From the NCBI RefSeq assembly GCF_009914755.1, contig NC_060929.1: a stretch of DNA of 64,000 nucleotides; one strand, written 5' to 3'. Of the stretch, positions 32,127-46,269 are shown in pieces. This DNA is from the human T2T-CHM13v2.0 reference genome, Homo sapiens. Numbering within the stretch: the stretch's first letter is position 1; each line of letters opens with the position of its first letter. The notes below the pieces were generated by a model, which saw nothing but the letters and a program-made list of their open reading frames with translations, was not told where the DNA came from and searched no databases. The position numbers and the translations under genes are program-made.

Positions 32127-33850
32127 TCAAGGGGTTTGGCATCTGTAAACTGGCTCAAGTCTGAAAATTGATTGGGGGGGCTGTGATTCTCTGCTTTTAT
32201 AATTCAAGTTAGTCTTTTGTCCACTTGGCCTGGAAGTTTTCTTCTTATATAAATTAACTGGGAATGCAGTAGGCTTCCTATCAATTTCACTTCTAGGAAC
32301 ACTCTGATTAATTAGCCAATGCCAAAGCTCCACACGAGTCAGGCTGTTCTGATTGCTGCTTTGCCTCTGCTGTGCATTATGGTAGATACACCCACCTTGC
32401 CTTTGATGGTTGAGTGCCAGCACTTGGCCCCTGCCACCTCAAGATCCAATTATTCCCATTGTATTTCAATTTTGTAGTTGCATGACTGTGGTTTTCACTG
32501 TTCCATCTAGCATACAGAGAAGAGCAATTACAGGGCCTTCAAAGATGCAGGTGCTGCCCTGACAAATCTATATTACAAAGCATTGGTCAAGAGTATATCT
32601 TCCGGACCATTCCAGCTTGGATGAGTATGTCTAAAGTGACTAATTCACTCCACCATCCCAATAAGCCTAAGCCTTTAGATTCCTTCCTCTACATTAACCG
32701 AGGGTAGATCAGGCATTTTCAACTAGCTCACAGTAGGCCATCTTTTAATCCGTATTTCAGCTAACCAAGAAAATAAACTATTAGAAGCTCTTTTAACTAC
32801 TCAAGCTGCAACATTAGTTGCAGATTCTCTACTTAGTTGGCCCAAATCAATAAATTCAGCCTGATCCAACTCTATGTTCCTTTCACCACTATTCCACACT
32901 CTTAATATCCATTCCCCTGCCTGTTCTCCAGATTTCTGTTTATATAAATTAGAGAACTCTAGTAGTTCTTTTAGAGTGTAGTCCACCTTCTCATGGGTCA
33001 CACTCTCAACCTCACCTCTAGGGGCCTGTCAGGACTTTAGTCTAGTTATAGGCCTAGAAGTAAACAGCAGTGTTGGGGGTGGGTCTTGAGGAGAATCAAC
33101 ATTAACTTGCCTGGCAAGTGCCTCACAGGAGGCCATCACTGTTGCCTCAGGCAGCACATGGTTTATCTTCTCACACAAAGGTGGAAAAGCTGATGGCAGT
33201 ATGGGTTGGGGAGGTGATGTTGCCACTTCTGGGGATGGGGAATCTGTTTCTTTTGGCGAAAAAGTCTCATCAGAGTTTACAAACTTAGTGTCCCCTGCTT
33301 CATCAGAGTCCTACCACATATCCCCATTCCAAGTTGTAGGGTCTCATTCTTTTCCAATCAATGACCTCACTTTAACAGTAGATACCTGTCAAGGCTGTGC
33401 ATGCACCTTTTATTGCAGGTCAGCAACTCGAATGATAGGAGCTTGTGTCTGCTTTTTCATAAAATCAGCTTTTTCTCTACAGGAGAAAAGACTCTCATTA
33501 AGGGCAATTTTAGGAGATTTGAGACTCAGTATCTGCTTTAGAAGGCAGGAGTTAGAATCCCTGAGTTCATCATTTTCTTTCATCACTTTGTACAGTGAAC
33601 TTGGGAGCAACAAACCAACTTCATTATGTTCCTTCATTCTCCACATGTAGTCAAAAGTATTATGTATAGAGTCACTGAACTCCTTGCCTCTCACAAGCAG
33701 TGAACCAGATGTGTTGAATGGATTTATTTTGCATAACTCTCTAAACAATTCATCTCAAGTACTATCAGTATTCTGCATACTATTAGAAGTAGAGTCATTA
33801 GCAGTTTGGGGTCTTATCATATTAAGCAGCCAACTCCAGAAACCCCAAAA
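32127..33850 (-). pseudogene. gag: HERV-L gag remnant, fragmented
   Basis: YTLKELLEFSNLYKQKSGEQAGEWILRVW and ELWHWLINQSVPRSEIDRKPT match ERV-L Gag. Confidence 0.85.
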
Positions 33851-33892
33851 CCTATGAAAGAACTCCATCCTTAATATTCTGTTCCTCTAAAA

Positions 33893-33912
33893 CCACTTTT
33901 TGTAACAAAATC
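33893..33912 (-). promoter_or_regulatory. Degenerate primer-binding site (tRNA-Leu type)
   Basis: GATTTTGTTACAAAAAGTGG lies immediately 3' of the 5' LTR and resembles HERV-L GATTTTGGTACCAGGAGTGG. Confidence 0.6.
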
Positions 33913-34337
33913 TGTATTATTCAGGGTTTTCTAGAGGGACATAACTAATGGAATATATATATATATATATACTCACATGATCACAAGTTCCCACAATAGG
34001 CTGTCTACAAGCCTCAGAGCAAGGAAGCTAGTCTGAGTCCCAAAGCTTAAGAACTTGGAGTCTGATGTTTGAGGGCAGGAAGCATCCAGCATGAGTGAAA
34101 GATGTAGGCTGGGAGGCTAAGCCAGTCTAGTCTTTTCACCTTCTTCTGCTTGTTTTATATTCTGGCTGAGCTGGCAGCTGATTAGATAGTGCCCACCCAG
34201 ATTAAGAGTGGGCCTACCTTTCCTAGCCCACTGACTCAGATGTTAATCTCCTTTGTCAACACCCTCACAAACCCACCCAGGATCAATGCTTTGTAACCTC
34301 AATCCAATCAAGTTGACATTCAGTATCAACCATCACA
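33913..34337 (-). mobile_element. MLT2A1-like 5' LTR
   Basis: Direct-repeat homolog of 24877-25343 with TG...CA termini. Confidence 0.93.
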
Positions 34338-37300
34338 GCGAACAAAAATGAAATTGTGTTTGCTTCTTAGTCAGTGCTAATTACTTGAATGTTTATGTGA
34401 CCTATATCTTAATGCAGACTTAGATCTACCTTTCATTTCTTTTTGCATTTATCCCCTTGCTTGATAATGTCTACTGATTATCAAGCAGAGTAAGAAAGTT
34501 ATATTCTTTTTTAGGAACTAATTACATTTGTTATGTCAGATTCTGTTCAACTTAGACAGACCTTACTTAGTTCCAAACCATTGTCTATGATACTGATGTT
34601 ACCAGGAAGTGTAGGAAGGGCCACATATCAATACTTCATCTCATAATTTATTCCATTGCCCAAGCACACTTTGTAGAAATCCAGACTGTACTTCTGAACT
34701 TTGAGGCAAAATGGTAATAAAACAAGACTCCTGATGAACTGTTTTCTGAACATGGGATAAACCATTCACAACTGGTAAATAAAATAAGCAAATTGAGAGT
34801 GCATTTTGCTACAAGTGGAGAAATGCTAATTGCTTTACATAGAAAATGATTTTGCTTATTGGTATATTTTCGTCATCATAATTTTCATCATTGTACTGAG
34901 CCATTAGCAAATAATAAAAAGAACTTTTTTATAGCAGTGTATATTCTTTGAGGAAGTCACACAATATTGAAGAAAAACTTTTCTCCATCTTACATTAAGT
35001 GAAGATGATATTTTGAACCATAAAATACCCAAAACGATTGTTGCAAACAAACAAAAAACACAAAAGGCAATGTTTCAAACATTTAACTGGAAGAAACAGA
35101 ATTTTATAATTGGCATATGGAGAAGGAATTTGTTTTTCCAGTGAGCCATCAGTTTCATATCTTGTTTCAAATCAGAAATAACAGAATTTCTAAGCATAGA
35201 GTTCAGAAAGTCAGGTAATTGTTGCATTTTAAATTTTGGACTTTGAGCTTCACTAAGCATAAAAAGATAGAAACTCTGCTTTATACTATCTGAACTCTAA
35301 AGTGAAAAATACCAGGCTCATGGGGATCATATGAATACAGAAAGACACTTAAAATGTTTACATACAGGAAAAATGATTTTTTTAAAGGAGGGGATTGAAA
35401 TAAAGTTAGAAAGTCAGAATCACTTTTTTTGCAAATGCATCTTTAGGATTCTAACAAGAATGGAATGGAAGGAATAAGTTAACCAAAGCAACACAGTGGA
35501 GTATTTACTAATGTCTAAATAACTTTTAGATTATTGGTATAGAGGACAGCAAATGTTTTGACCATGTAGTTTTGTCTGCACTGTTTTGATATATTGCTGA
35601 TTGGAACCCAGTGTTATGAACACAATATTTTGATCAAAATATTTTTATATTTATCATTAAAAACAAAATAAATATGCAAAAAATCCACATTGTTGATTAA
35701 TTTTTTATTGTAAAGCATTTATTATTAATCGTTTATTACCCATTGATTTAGTAGCTTTTAGTATGCTGATTTTCTGCATAGTACACTAAACAAACTTCCT
35801 ACATGCAGTAATCTAATTTAACATACATTAGCATTCGTTTTAAATAATTATTTTCCGCATACACATTACCATTGTTTTTCCCAAAATAAGACAATCATAT
35901 TGCAATATGATTTTTCTAAATTGCCTCCCAAATCAATTTCCCTGGATCAACTTTTCTAACCTACATTTTAAAATGAAAATTTATATTTTCACCAATTTTT
36001 AATACATAGCATTTAATAAATAGCTACAATTTTAGTAACTAAATTTTAATTTTGTTTAATTTATATTAGTAATAATTATTTTCAATATGATTTCGCTTTA
36101 AGTTAATCTATGAGAAAAATGTGAGAAAATTCCTTGAGGGATAACCAGATGTATTGTTCAAATGCACAATTGCAATTGTATCATTTATCAGCAGGGTAGC
36201 TACAATTTTTCACACTGGAGCAAACTAAAACAACAGTATTTAAAATATCTTGGGGAGCAAAATTTTCAGGGCCCAATTGGGTAGCTCAAAATGAAAGGAC
36301 AAAAACTCTATTTTGGAAACAAAACTCAATTTAAATGCAGTGAGTCTATTGCACAACCAGAGTAGTGGGATTAAATCACAGGGTAAAGATATTTCCTCTC
36401 CTACTGTTGCCACATCCCCTTGGCTTTTCTTAAGCCGATAAATATGCTTTCTCAAACTTTAAAATCATCTGTCAGGTGTTAAACTGGATGCCCCAAGCGC
36501 AGCTGCAGCAGTCTTGTATCCTGTTTTCTGAGCGAGGCATCTTAAGCTTCTCCCTTTAGTCCTGAGTCCGGGGGCAAATTCTCCACCCTCCAAAAATAGA
36601 GGGGACAGTTTGTAGCAAACCAACAACTGTCTATAGATAAATTGTTTTTCATGACTTCCAATAATCATAAATGTAAGTTATAGTTTTAAGAACGATGTAC
36701 CTATTTTGCAGCCTGTTGCTTTTAAGCTTGCATTTTGTTTTGGCAAGAAACAGTGGTATAACACGTCAATATTATCTGTTTCTTCAGGTTAAACTGATGA
36801 ACAACTTGTCAAACATATTTGTAAATATCTTTACCATTGAAATTATAATTCTCTCTTTTACATTTGTGAAAAAGTGAAGATTCAGATAAATTAACTAGTT
36901 TTCTTAAACTTTGTAGTTAACAGTACTTATGGTAGCTATTTTTTACATCTTTATTGCCTTTTTAATCATAAATAGGTTAAATTGATTTTTCCCATTTCCC
37001 TTGTGTTTGTTTATGCCATGCTGATAGTAAAACAAAACACTGAAATAAAGTTTATTTCATCTTAATATAATATGAATATATATGCAAGCACATTTATGCT
37101 GCATCATTCTATGTTTTTAAATTTCCATCTAATACCTTTGCTGTTTTCTTATTGATATGAGGTAATAGACTGCCTTTAATAGTAAAAGGCAGACTTAGCA
37201 AAGTACTCTCATTTGCAGTGATCAACAGCATGCTAATATTTCTCTAACTAGATAAGCAAGGTGTTTACACATTACACCCTTGGGGGTATGTGCCATTAAT

Positions 37301-38289
37301 TACACATGCCTAGCAGCTGACGTGTGATTAATTAGAAGTGGGAAATGTATTCTTCAGGTGACCAGAAAACTCTTTCCACTTGTCAAAGCTTATCTCTTTT
37401 TCAAAGCTGTATTATCCCATAAGATACAGGAAATAGTATTACAGATGTACCATTAAAGAAAAGAAAGCTGATCCAAGAACTGTAACAATCAAGTTCCTAA
37501 ATATTTTAAAAGGAGTCAACATCAAAGCTATTTGAAAAACAGAATCAACATTGTTCCAAAAAAATTATAAGCCAATTTCACTTATAAATGTTAAAGATGA
37601 ACTTATAATAGTGTGGGAAGTTTTTGTTGTCAAGGTTAATTTGAAATGTGAAAAATAAAAATTTCCATATGAAGGACTATGGAGCAAAAATTAAAATTTT
37701 GTTCCGTAATTATATTCATACTCATTCACCTTCTAAAAATGTAAATTCATGTCCATTATTAACATCAATGTTATAAGGCTTTCATATTTTCTTTTATTTG
37801 GAGTACAATGGTTTTATCCAGTGAAAATGAATCTGCATTTCATTTTAAACTAAATTAGGATTTTTGGTTTAAAACTTGGACTCAAACTTTAGAGTTGCTT
37901 ATTCTATACAAGATTACTCATTGTATTGATGTTAAAAGTTTTCTATCATTTTATAATCATAACATTAAAATCTGCTTTTTACAAGACCTAAAATTATTAA
38001 AGGTGAGTTAGCCATAAATATCTACCATTATCTTTGGCAATTCTTAAAAATGTGGTAATAAATCAAAATTACTAGAAATATTTTTGACTAATGAAAGAGC
38101 AGAAGGCTAAGCCTTTCATCTACCATATGAAATTTCACAAAAAATAAACAGTAGTAGTTAAAAGTAGCAATCAAATACTGCCAATACCCATAGATATATT
38201 CACTCTGTAGGTTGTTATAATAAAAGCACTTTTCTGCATGTTTTCACATAATTTTCTTCTAACTGCCTATAAGTGAAATATCATTTTAA

Positions 38290-38485
38290 AAAGCTCTGAC
38301 ATTTTTTTAAGTGTGATCTGCAGACCAAGTGCATTAAAATCACCTAAAATGCTTGTGGAAAATACAAATTCAGGGAAATATTCCTTATCAACAAAATTAA
38401 AATCTTTAGAATTGGGTTCAGGAATCATTTCAACAAAATCACCAGGATATTTCCTGTGGCCACATTGCTTGAATCATTGCTCTAT
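38290..38485. mobile_element. MER5-like hAT MITE
   Basis: aagtgtgatctgcagacc...aatcacct...tgcttg...ttgaatcattgc. Confidence 0.6.
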
Positions 38486-41400
38486 GAGTTCTGTATTATT
38501 ATTTTATTAAATAGGAAAATAAACAGCCTCTGAGATAGGACAACTTCCCAATGTTACACAGTTCAAGTGACTGAGCATCCATTTCAACATAAAGCCCACA
38601 CCCTTAATCATTAGACATACTGGCTCATATAGAAAACAAAAACTTAGATATCAAAATATCCATTAAATGATGGACATTAGTTATACCTATGTATTTTATT
38701 CATTACTTTTAATAACTAAACATTAGTGCTAGGTATTTTACACATATAAATTACTTTTGCACCAACCTAATACTTTATGCTCTTTCTATAATAAAAGATG
38801 GTCCCACGAAACTTAGTAATCATAACAATACTTATCATACTTCATTATGTACTGATTCAAAAGTGTAAGTTGAAAATCAAACTAAAACATTTATAACTTC
38901 AAACATTAGATTTTTGCAACATTATGATTCTTAACCACTATCTAACCATGTTGTAAATGTATCACTTCTTGTTTGCCCATAAATAATATCTTGTTATAGT
39001 TGTATTAAAGTGAATAAAAAGAAGTCAAGCAGAAAACTCTCAATCTGAAATTGAAAATGGTAATCTTTTTTCTTTCAAATTAGAGAATGTAACACAAATA
39101 TAGAAAATGCTATGCCCAAAGAGAATCCTGAATCCACTAAGATAGATTTTCAGCTTCTGAGACCCCACAAAAAATTTTTTATTGTTGTTGTGTTTCTGAA
39201 TCACTTAAGGATATTTCTAGAGATATTGGCACATCTAGAGAAATACTGAGAAATACAATTTAGATAGGTGGAGAGATAAATGGTATAGGTAATTTAATAA
39301 GCCAGAAGAAAGACTTCGTGAGAGCTCTTTGCTTTTGCTACGACATGTTATCTTCCTTTGAATTGTTGTTTTAAGCACTATCAAGTTTTAGTTTTATTGA
39401 AGGTATAAGAGAAAGATGGGATTGTAGGTAGCAGTGGAAACAGTGCCAGAGGCCAATCCAGTTTTTAGTTCCAGCAGTGTCAGCTGTACTTGCGCCAATC
39501 TTTCCTGCTCTGCAGCAGCAGCCTTCAAATTCTGATCAAACTTATTCGGCCTCGTGCTTTAGAGTGATGTTCCTGGCTCAGAAATGCTCAACTCGAACAA
39601 CTCTAAATCCTTGTGCTAAACTCATTTTTGTAAAAATCTTCCAAACTTTGTTTCTGTTCCTTTCAACAATAAACCTTGACTCATATAGTGAGGTATTAAA
39701 ATTCTATTTTCTGGACGAGGAATTTAAAATTAGAAGTTAGTGTATCATTCAAATTTTTGGAGCAAATAGGAAGCAGATCCAAATCTAGGTCTATCTGACT
39801 CCACGTTCATTCTCATAACTACTATGATAAATTATATCATATAATTGAGAGCTAAGTGAAATGACACATGCCTTCACCTAAATATATTTAAGTAAACCAA
39901 CATTTAAAATTGCCTTGAAGCCCCATAACTTAAACTTATAGTGTATACATTCTTTTCAAATTATACCACATCCTCATCAATGATTATGATTCATATGATT
40001 ATGAACGCTCATATGATTATGAATGTTCTAGGGCTATTTCCTAGCTTTTAGAGTGAATTTTACACTATCATTATTTATACTCCAATGAGCTCTCAGTGGT
40101 ATCTCTGATCTCCCTTTTTTTTCTTTCCTGAGCTGCACTTATGTTGCAATTTAGTGCAATCCATTTTTATTTAAAAGCCATCTCTTCTTCATAGTAATGA
40201 GTAAGACTTACTGCATAACATGTGCATGTTGTATAGACAATATAGTATTAAAATGGTTCCAAATAACCACACTATCAAATAATCCGAGCTGCCAAGGGAG
40301 CAGCCAGTGTACTCAGGATGAAACTAGGGTCTAGGATTTAACAAACGGGAGAGATCACACAGCAGGAGCACTTTGGTGAAGAAGTAGATCTCGACACAAC
40401 ATAAACAATCCAAACTGGAGGAAACAAAGCCTGGCATGCAGTGATTCATTGGTTCATTAAGCGGAAAGTAAAAGAACACTCTTATTGACTGATGATGTCT
40501 CCAGGACAATATCTTTGAGAGTAAAGCTAAGAAACTTGGGAAAAGTCAACATCTAAGAAATGAAGTAATGTAAAATGTGAAGGCAAAAGAGGACTGGAAA
40601 TAGTTAATAACAACTGGGGGACAATAGACTGTAGCTACATTGCTTTGGTACCTGACTCAGAACACAGAAGCTTCGTGAATGTGGTGGTTATAGAAAGGCA
40701 TGACAAACTTTGAGTTGCTAAAAAGGAACTGCCTCAGTTCAGACCTTATCAATCTGTTGGGACAGATATCACATGCAAGCTAAGATAGTGTTTTGGGGTT
40801 GGTACCTTCCTTCTCTATTCGTCTATGTCTTATCTAGTCTTTACAATTTTTCCTTGCCCATCTTTTCATTCAGACATTGACTGTGCTTCCATTGTATTCC
40901 AAACTTGGTATCGCATTTTATCAGCTTTATTATTCAATTATCTACTATTTTATCCTTACTTCATTCTTTATCTTCTAAATCAGGCTTGGTTCAGAAAAAC
41001 CTGATGGTAATAATACTACCTGGCTTTCGAACATTACTTCTCAAATTACTTCAAGGCTGGCCCTAGATGATTTATCCCTGTTGGCATTTTAGATAGGTGG
41101 AGAGGCTCCTATTAAGGAGCCTAAGTAGGCCTATTGGAGAGAAATGGGACCAAAAAAAAGTGCTTGTTTTCTATTTGTCTGCTTTCTGAAATTATTAATG
41201 CATGTCAAAAAATGTAGTTAGCAGTATTCAAGGGACAATAGGCATTGGTTCTGTACGTATAGGACAATATCAATGCCATACAATAATTTACTTCCAAGAA
41301 AAATGATACATTTACAAGCCAACAAAGAAGCTGTGAACTTTTATAAGAGAAGCCTCATCCCAAATAACTCTTGCTAATGTTGAAAACTTCAGTTGTCCTG

Positions 41401-43737
41401 GCATTTACAGGATAATGACTCGTGCTCAGGAAGCCAGTCTTCTTAACTTTGGAACTATTTTAAAAATGTGGAATTTCCCATGTACAGTATACTTGTGTGT
41501 TTCTGTGAAAAATACTGTCTTCTTAGAATGGACTATATACAAGATATCTGACATTGTGCTAATGACTTAAAAAAGAATCCACTCCCAACCTATAGCTCTA
41601 TTTGCCTCAAAACAATTTTTTTGGTATACAAATTTAATTTGTCAAAATGTTGATGCTATGGTTAACCATAACAATATTAAAACAATGTAATGGAAGCATT
41701 ATACACCCAAAGATATAACTTTCACACTCCTGTAAGTAACTTCCAGAGAGTCAATCATATAATAACTAAATATTAAAATGCCTCTCACAGGACATTAACC
41801 TCAAGTAGATAGTACATTGCTAATGAGGCAAATTCAACTCTCTCAAATATTAATTTATGGCAAGGATAATCATTTTTGTTCAATTAAGTCAAATTCTTAG
41901 GAAAGCAATGAAATTTTCATGAATATTTCTGGAATAATTAGAGAATTTCTATATTTATACTGCACTGACATCTCATAAATATCACATTGTGCTTTTATCT
42001 TCATATGTATTCTTTCCACTAAATATAGAAAAGTGATAATTAGCCTTAGAAATATCCATTAAACATGAAGGAAGATGGTATAAAAAATTAATGAAATATG
42101 ATCATTATAATGTGCAAAATAAAAATATTTCCAATTCTTCAACTGGAGTTATCAACATAGCAAAATGTTGTCTGAGTAACATTAAACCCGATAATCACCA
42201 TAATCTTCAAGAACTAAAGATTTATTAGAGAAATATCATCATGAAAACAAAACATATTATTTAAGTTGGAAGAAAAGTTATTAAAAGCATGATATTCTGA
42301 AACAATATTTTTTCATAAAATGAATAATAAATGCAAATAATAAGAACAATTTAAAATGTTTAGAAATTACTTAAGACCACATTAAAGTAGTATATTTATT
42401 TTGTTATAATTTTGTTAGAATTGCTTTATTATATACTATAAGTTTTAAGCATGGGTTAAAAGGGTTAAAAATAAGGTCAAGTTAATACATTTATTAAAAC
42501 TAAAATTATTCAACATTAAATTATTTGAACACCTACACACAGACTGTGTTATAGCACTCTGAAATTATAGACACATAATTCTACCATTAAAACCTGTTAA
42601 AAAATTTAAAAACAAATATTAGGATAGCTATTTATTTGGATTTATTCTTTCATTCCATAGGCCATAAAGATAAGCTCACTATAACAACTTATTTCTCAGT
42701 ACATTGGATAAATTACATTAATCAAAATTTGTTTTTAACAGAAACTTGGCTTTTAAAATGATTTTCCATTACACACACATACATTCTAGTTAGTAAAGTG
42801 GTACATGTACTAAATATGAAAATACAAAAACTGAAATATGACTAAAACAAAATATAAACCTTATTGAAAGTTAAGGTTCATTTATTTTTCTTTGCTGAAA
42901 ACAAAATAAATCACAATGAATAATTATTTAGCTATCAGTGAAGAGGAAGCCACTTGGTAAAATGGCCAGCCATTTGAATGAAGTTGGCCAATATAAAAAT
43001 CCACTTTAAATTGACCTGAATATGCTTGGACATAAATCTCTCTAAATTAAAAAAATCATACTAAGCATATTCTCAGATCACAGTAGAATAAATATACAAT
43101 TTGATACCAAGAGGAACTTTCAAAACCACATCATTACATGAAAACTAAAATACTTGCTCCTGAATAACTTTTGCGTAAACAATGAAATAAAACTTGCAAT
43201 CAAAACATTATTTTAAACAAATGAAAATAGAGACAGTATTCCCAAACCTCCGGGATGCAGCGAAAACAGTGTTAAGAGAAAAGTGTATATAGTATTAAAT
43301 GCTTACATCCAGAAGATACATCAAATTACAATCTAACACTGCACCTAAAGGTACACATAAAAAAAGAATAATCACAAAGCTAGCAGAAGAAAGAAGTACT
43401 AAAATAAAAATAGAAATAAATGAAACTGGGACTTAAAAAACCATACACTGAATTGATGAAATAAAAATTTGGTTCTTTGTACAGATGAGCAAGATTGATA
43501 GACCTTTAGCTAGATTAACAACAACTAAAAAGTGATAAGTTCTAAATAACCACAATTAGAAATGACAAAAGAGACATACAACCAATCCTATAGAAATACA
43601 AAAAGTCCTCAGAGACTATTACGAACACCTCTATGTGCAGAAACTAGAAAAACTAGAAGAAATGGATAAATTCCTAGAAAGACACAACCCACTTTGATGG
43701 AATTAGGAATAATTTGAAACCCGGAAGACAGCAATAG

Positions 43738-44281
43738 TGTATTAGTCAGCATTCTCTAGAGGGATGGGACTAGTAGGAGAGATGTATATATAAAAGCAAG
43801 TTTATTAAGGAATATTGAATCACACAATCACAAGGTGAAGTCTCACAATAGGTTGTCTACAAGCTGAGGAGCAAGGAAGCCAGTCAGAGTTCCCAAACCT
43901 CAAAAGTAGGGAAACCAACAGTGCAGCCTTCAGTCTGTGGCAGAAGGCCTGAGAGCCCCTGGCAAATCACTGGTGTAGGTCCAAGAGTCCAAAAACTGAA
44001 AAACTTGGAGTCTGATGTTAGAGGACAGGAAGCATTCAGCACAGGAGAAAGATGGAGGCCAGAAGACTTAGCCAGTCTAGTCCTTCCACATTCCTCTGTT
44101 TGCTTTTACCCTAGCCATCCTGCCAGCTGATTAGATGGTGTCCACTGAGATTAAGGGTAGATCTGTATCTCCCCATTCACTGACTCAAATGTTAATTGCC
44201 ACTGGCAACACCCTCACAGACACACCCAGGAACAATACTTTGCATCCTTCAATCAAGTGACACTCAATATTAACCATCACA
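43738..44281 (-). mobile_element. MLT2A2-like solo LTR (ERVL)
   Basis: TGTATTAG...CCATCACA termini, extra cctcaaaagtaggg segment absent from the MLT2A1 copies, 5-bp TSD AATAG/AATAA. Confidence 0.92.
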
Positions 44282-44544
44282 AATAACAAGTACTGAAATT
44301 GAATCGGTAATAAGAATAATAAAAACTGAGCCAACAAAAGCTCTAGACCAGATGGATTCATAGCCTAATTCTATCAATTGTACAAAAAAGATCTTGGGCC
44401 AATCCTACTGAAAATGTTCCCAGAAAATCAAGAAAGAGGCATTCCTCCCTTACACATTCTATAAAACCAGTATCATCCTGATATCACAATATGACAAAGT
44501 TACATTAAAAAAAAATAAAGTTATAGCCCAATATCCCTGATGAA

Positions 44545-45030
44545 TGCAAGGATCTGTCCCACAGACTCAACGATCGATGAATAAAGTACACTGACACACC
44601 GATATTCTGCTTTGCCAGTTCGACTGAGCATCCCAGCCGCTTACAGACTCCACACAGAGTGCTGTAAACCGTTGTGACCAAGGCCCCTACCAGTCAGCAA
44701 GACTCGCATTTATTCAGTAAAGATTAATTGACAAAGGCTCGAGTCAACACCACTAAAGGGTAATTGACATTGTGGACTTCCCGAGTAGAAAGCAATTAAG
44801 CACCAGCTGTAAATCAAAGGTTAGTCCTAGGAAAACAAGTTAGTTAGATAAACTACTGTACATTCTTTTGTATTTGCACCTTAAGCTCTCTGCCTCCTGC
44901 AAAGAGATTCTGGCTGCCTTCAGCCAGACAATCTGAAGCTATGCAAATTGTCAGCCTTTCCAAGAGAGTTTGTGGGTATTACTATAACTATCTTTAATAT
45001 TTTTCCCACCAGCCTGATTGAACCCCCACA
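44545..45030 (-). mobile_element. LTR22-like solo LTR (HERV-K22/HML-5)
   Basis: Minus strand starts TGTGGGGGTTCAATCAGGCTGGTGGGAAAAATATT; 6-bp TSD GATGAA/AATGAA. Confidence 0.88.
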
Positions 45031-46269
45031 AATGAACAAAGATGCAGTTCCCCAACATAAAATTCTAGTAAACCAAATCTAGCAGCACATTAAAAAGTTA
45101 ATTCAGCACCATTAAGTAGACTTTATTTTGCAGATGCAAGTCTAGTTCAACACACACAGATCAAAAATGTGATTCATCACATAAAAATAATTAAAAACAT
45201 AAACCATGTGAACCTTTCAATAGATGTAGAAAAAGCCTTTGATAAAATCCAATATCCCTTCATGATAAAGAAAAAAAAAATCCCTCAACAACCCTCAACA
45301 TACTAGGCATTGAAGGAACATACTTCAAAGTAATAAGAGCCATCTATGACAAACTAACAGACAATATCATACTGAATGGGCAAAAGCTGGAAGCATTCCC
45401 CCTAAAAATGGCATCCATATAAAAAAATAAAATGTAAAATTATCACTCTTCACTGAAAATATGATTCTTTTCCTAGAAAAACATGAAGACTTATCCAAAA
45501 GGCTTCTAGATCTGATAAATGACTGTAGTAATGTTTCAGGATACAAAATCAACATACAAAAGTCAGTAGCATTTCTATACAACAAAAATGGTCAAACTGA
45601 GAGCCAAATCAAAAACACAATTCTTTTTACAATGGTCACAAAAAAATGAATTTTAAAAACCTTAGGAATACATCTATTCATGGAGGAGAACTATGCAAGG
45701 ACAACTACAAAATGCTGCTGAAGGAAATCATATATTATACATTAAAAATGAAAATTTATGCTCATGGACTGAAAAATCAACATTATAAAATGTCCATACT
45801 ACCCAAAGCAATCTACAGATTCAATGTTTTTCTTGTCAAATTACCACTGTCATTTTTCACAGAATTAGAAAAAAAAATGTTCAATTCATATGGAGCTAAA
45901 AAGAACTTTGAAAGCCAAAGAAATTCTAAGCAAAAAAACAAAGCCAGACATAACATTACCTGACTTCAAGCTATACTACACGTCTATAGGAACTAAAATA
46001 GCATGGTACTGCTACAAAAATAGACACATAAACCAATGGGAACAGAATAGAGAACCCAGAAATAAAACTGCACACCTAGCACCAACTGATCTTTGGAGAA
46101 GTCAACAAAAATAAGCAAAGGGAAAAAGGACTCCCTAGTCAATATATAGTGCCAGGAAAACTGGCTAAACATGTGCAGAAGAATGAAACTGAACTCCTAC
46201 CTATTGCCATATACAAAAATTAACTCAAAATGGATTGAAGACTTAATGTGTTTTTGGCTCCATATGTGT

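Larger units (their letters stand above)
43030..46247 (+). mobile_element. Old L1 (L1PB/L1MA-age) ORF2 segment, interrupted twice
   Basis: ORF remnants [36 protein letters not shown]. Confidence 0.9.

Noticed and set aside
39983-40024. TCATATGATTATGAA short duplication
   Set aside because: Ordinary slippage repeat with no further structure
39400-40520. Slightly GC-raised unique patches as coding exons
   Set aside because: Frames are short and stop-laden with no recognisable protein; non-coding exons cannot be excluded
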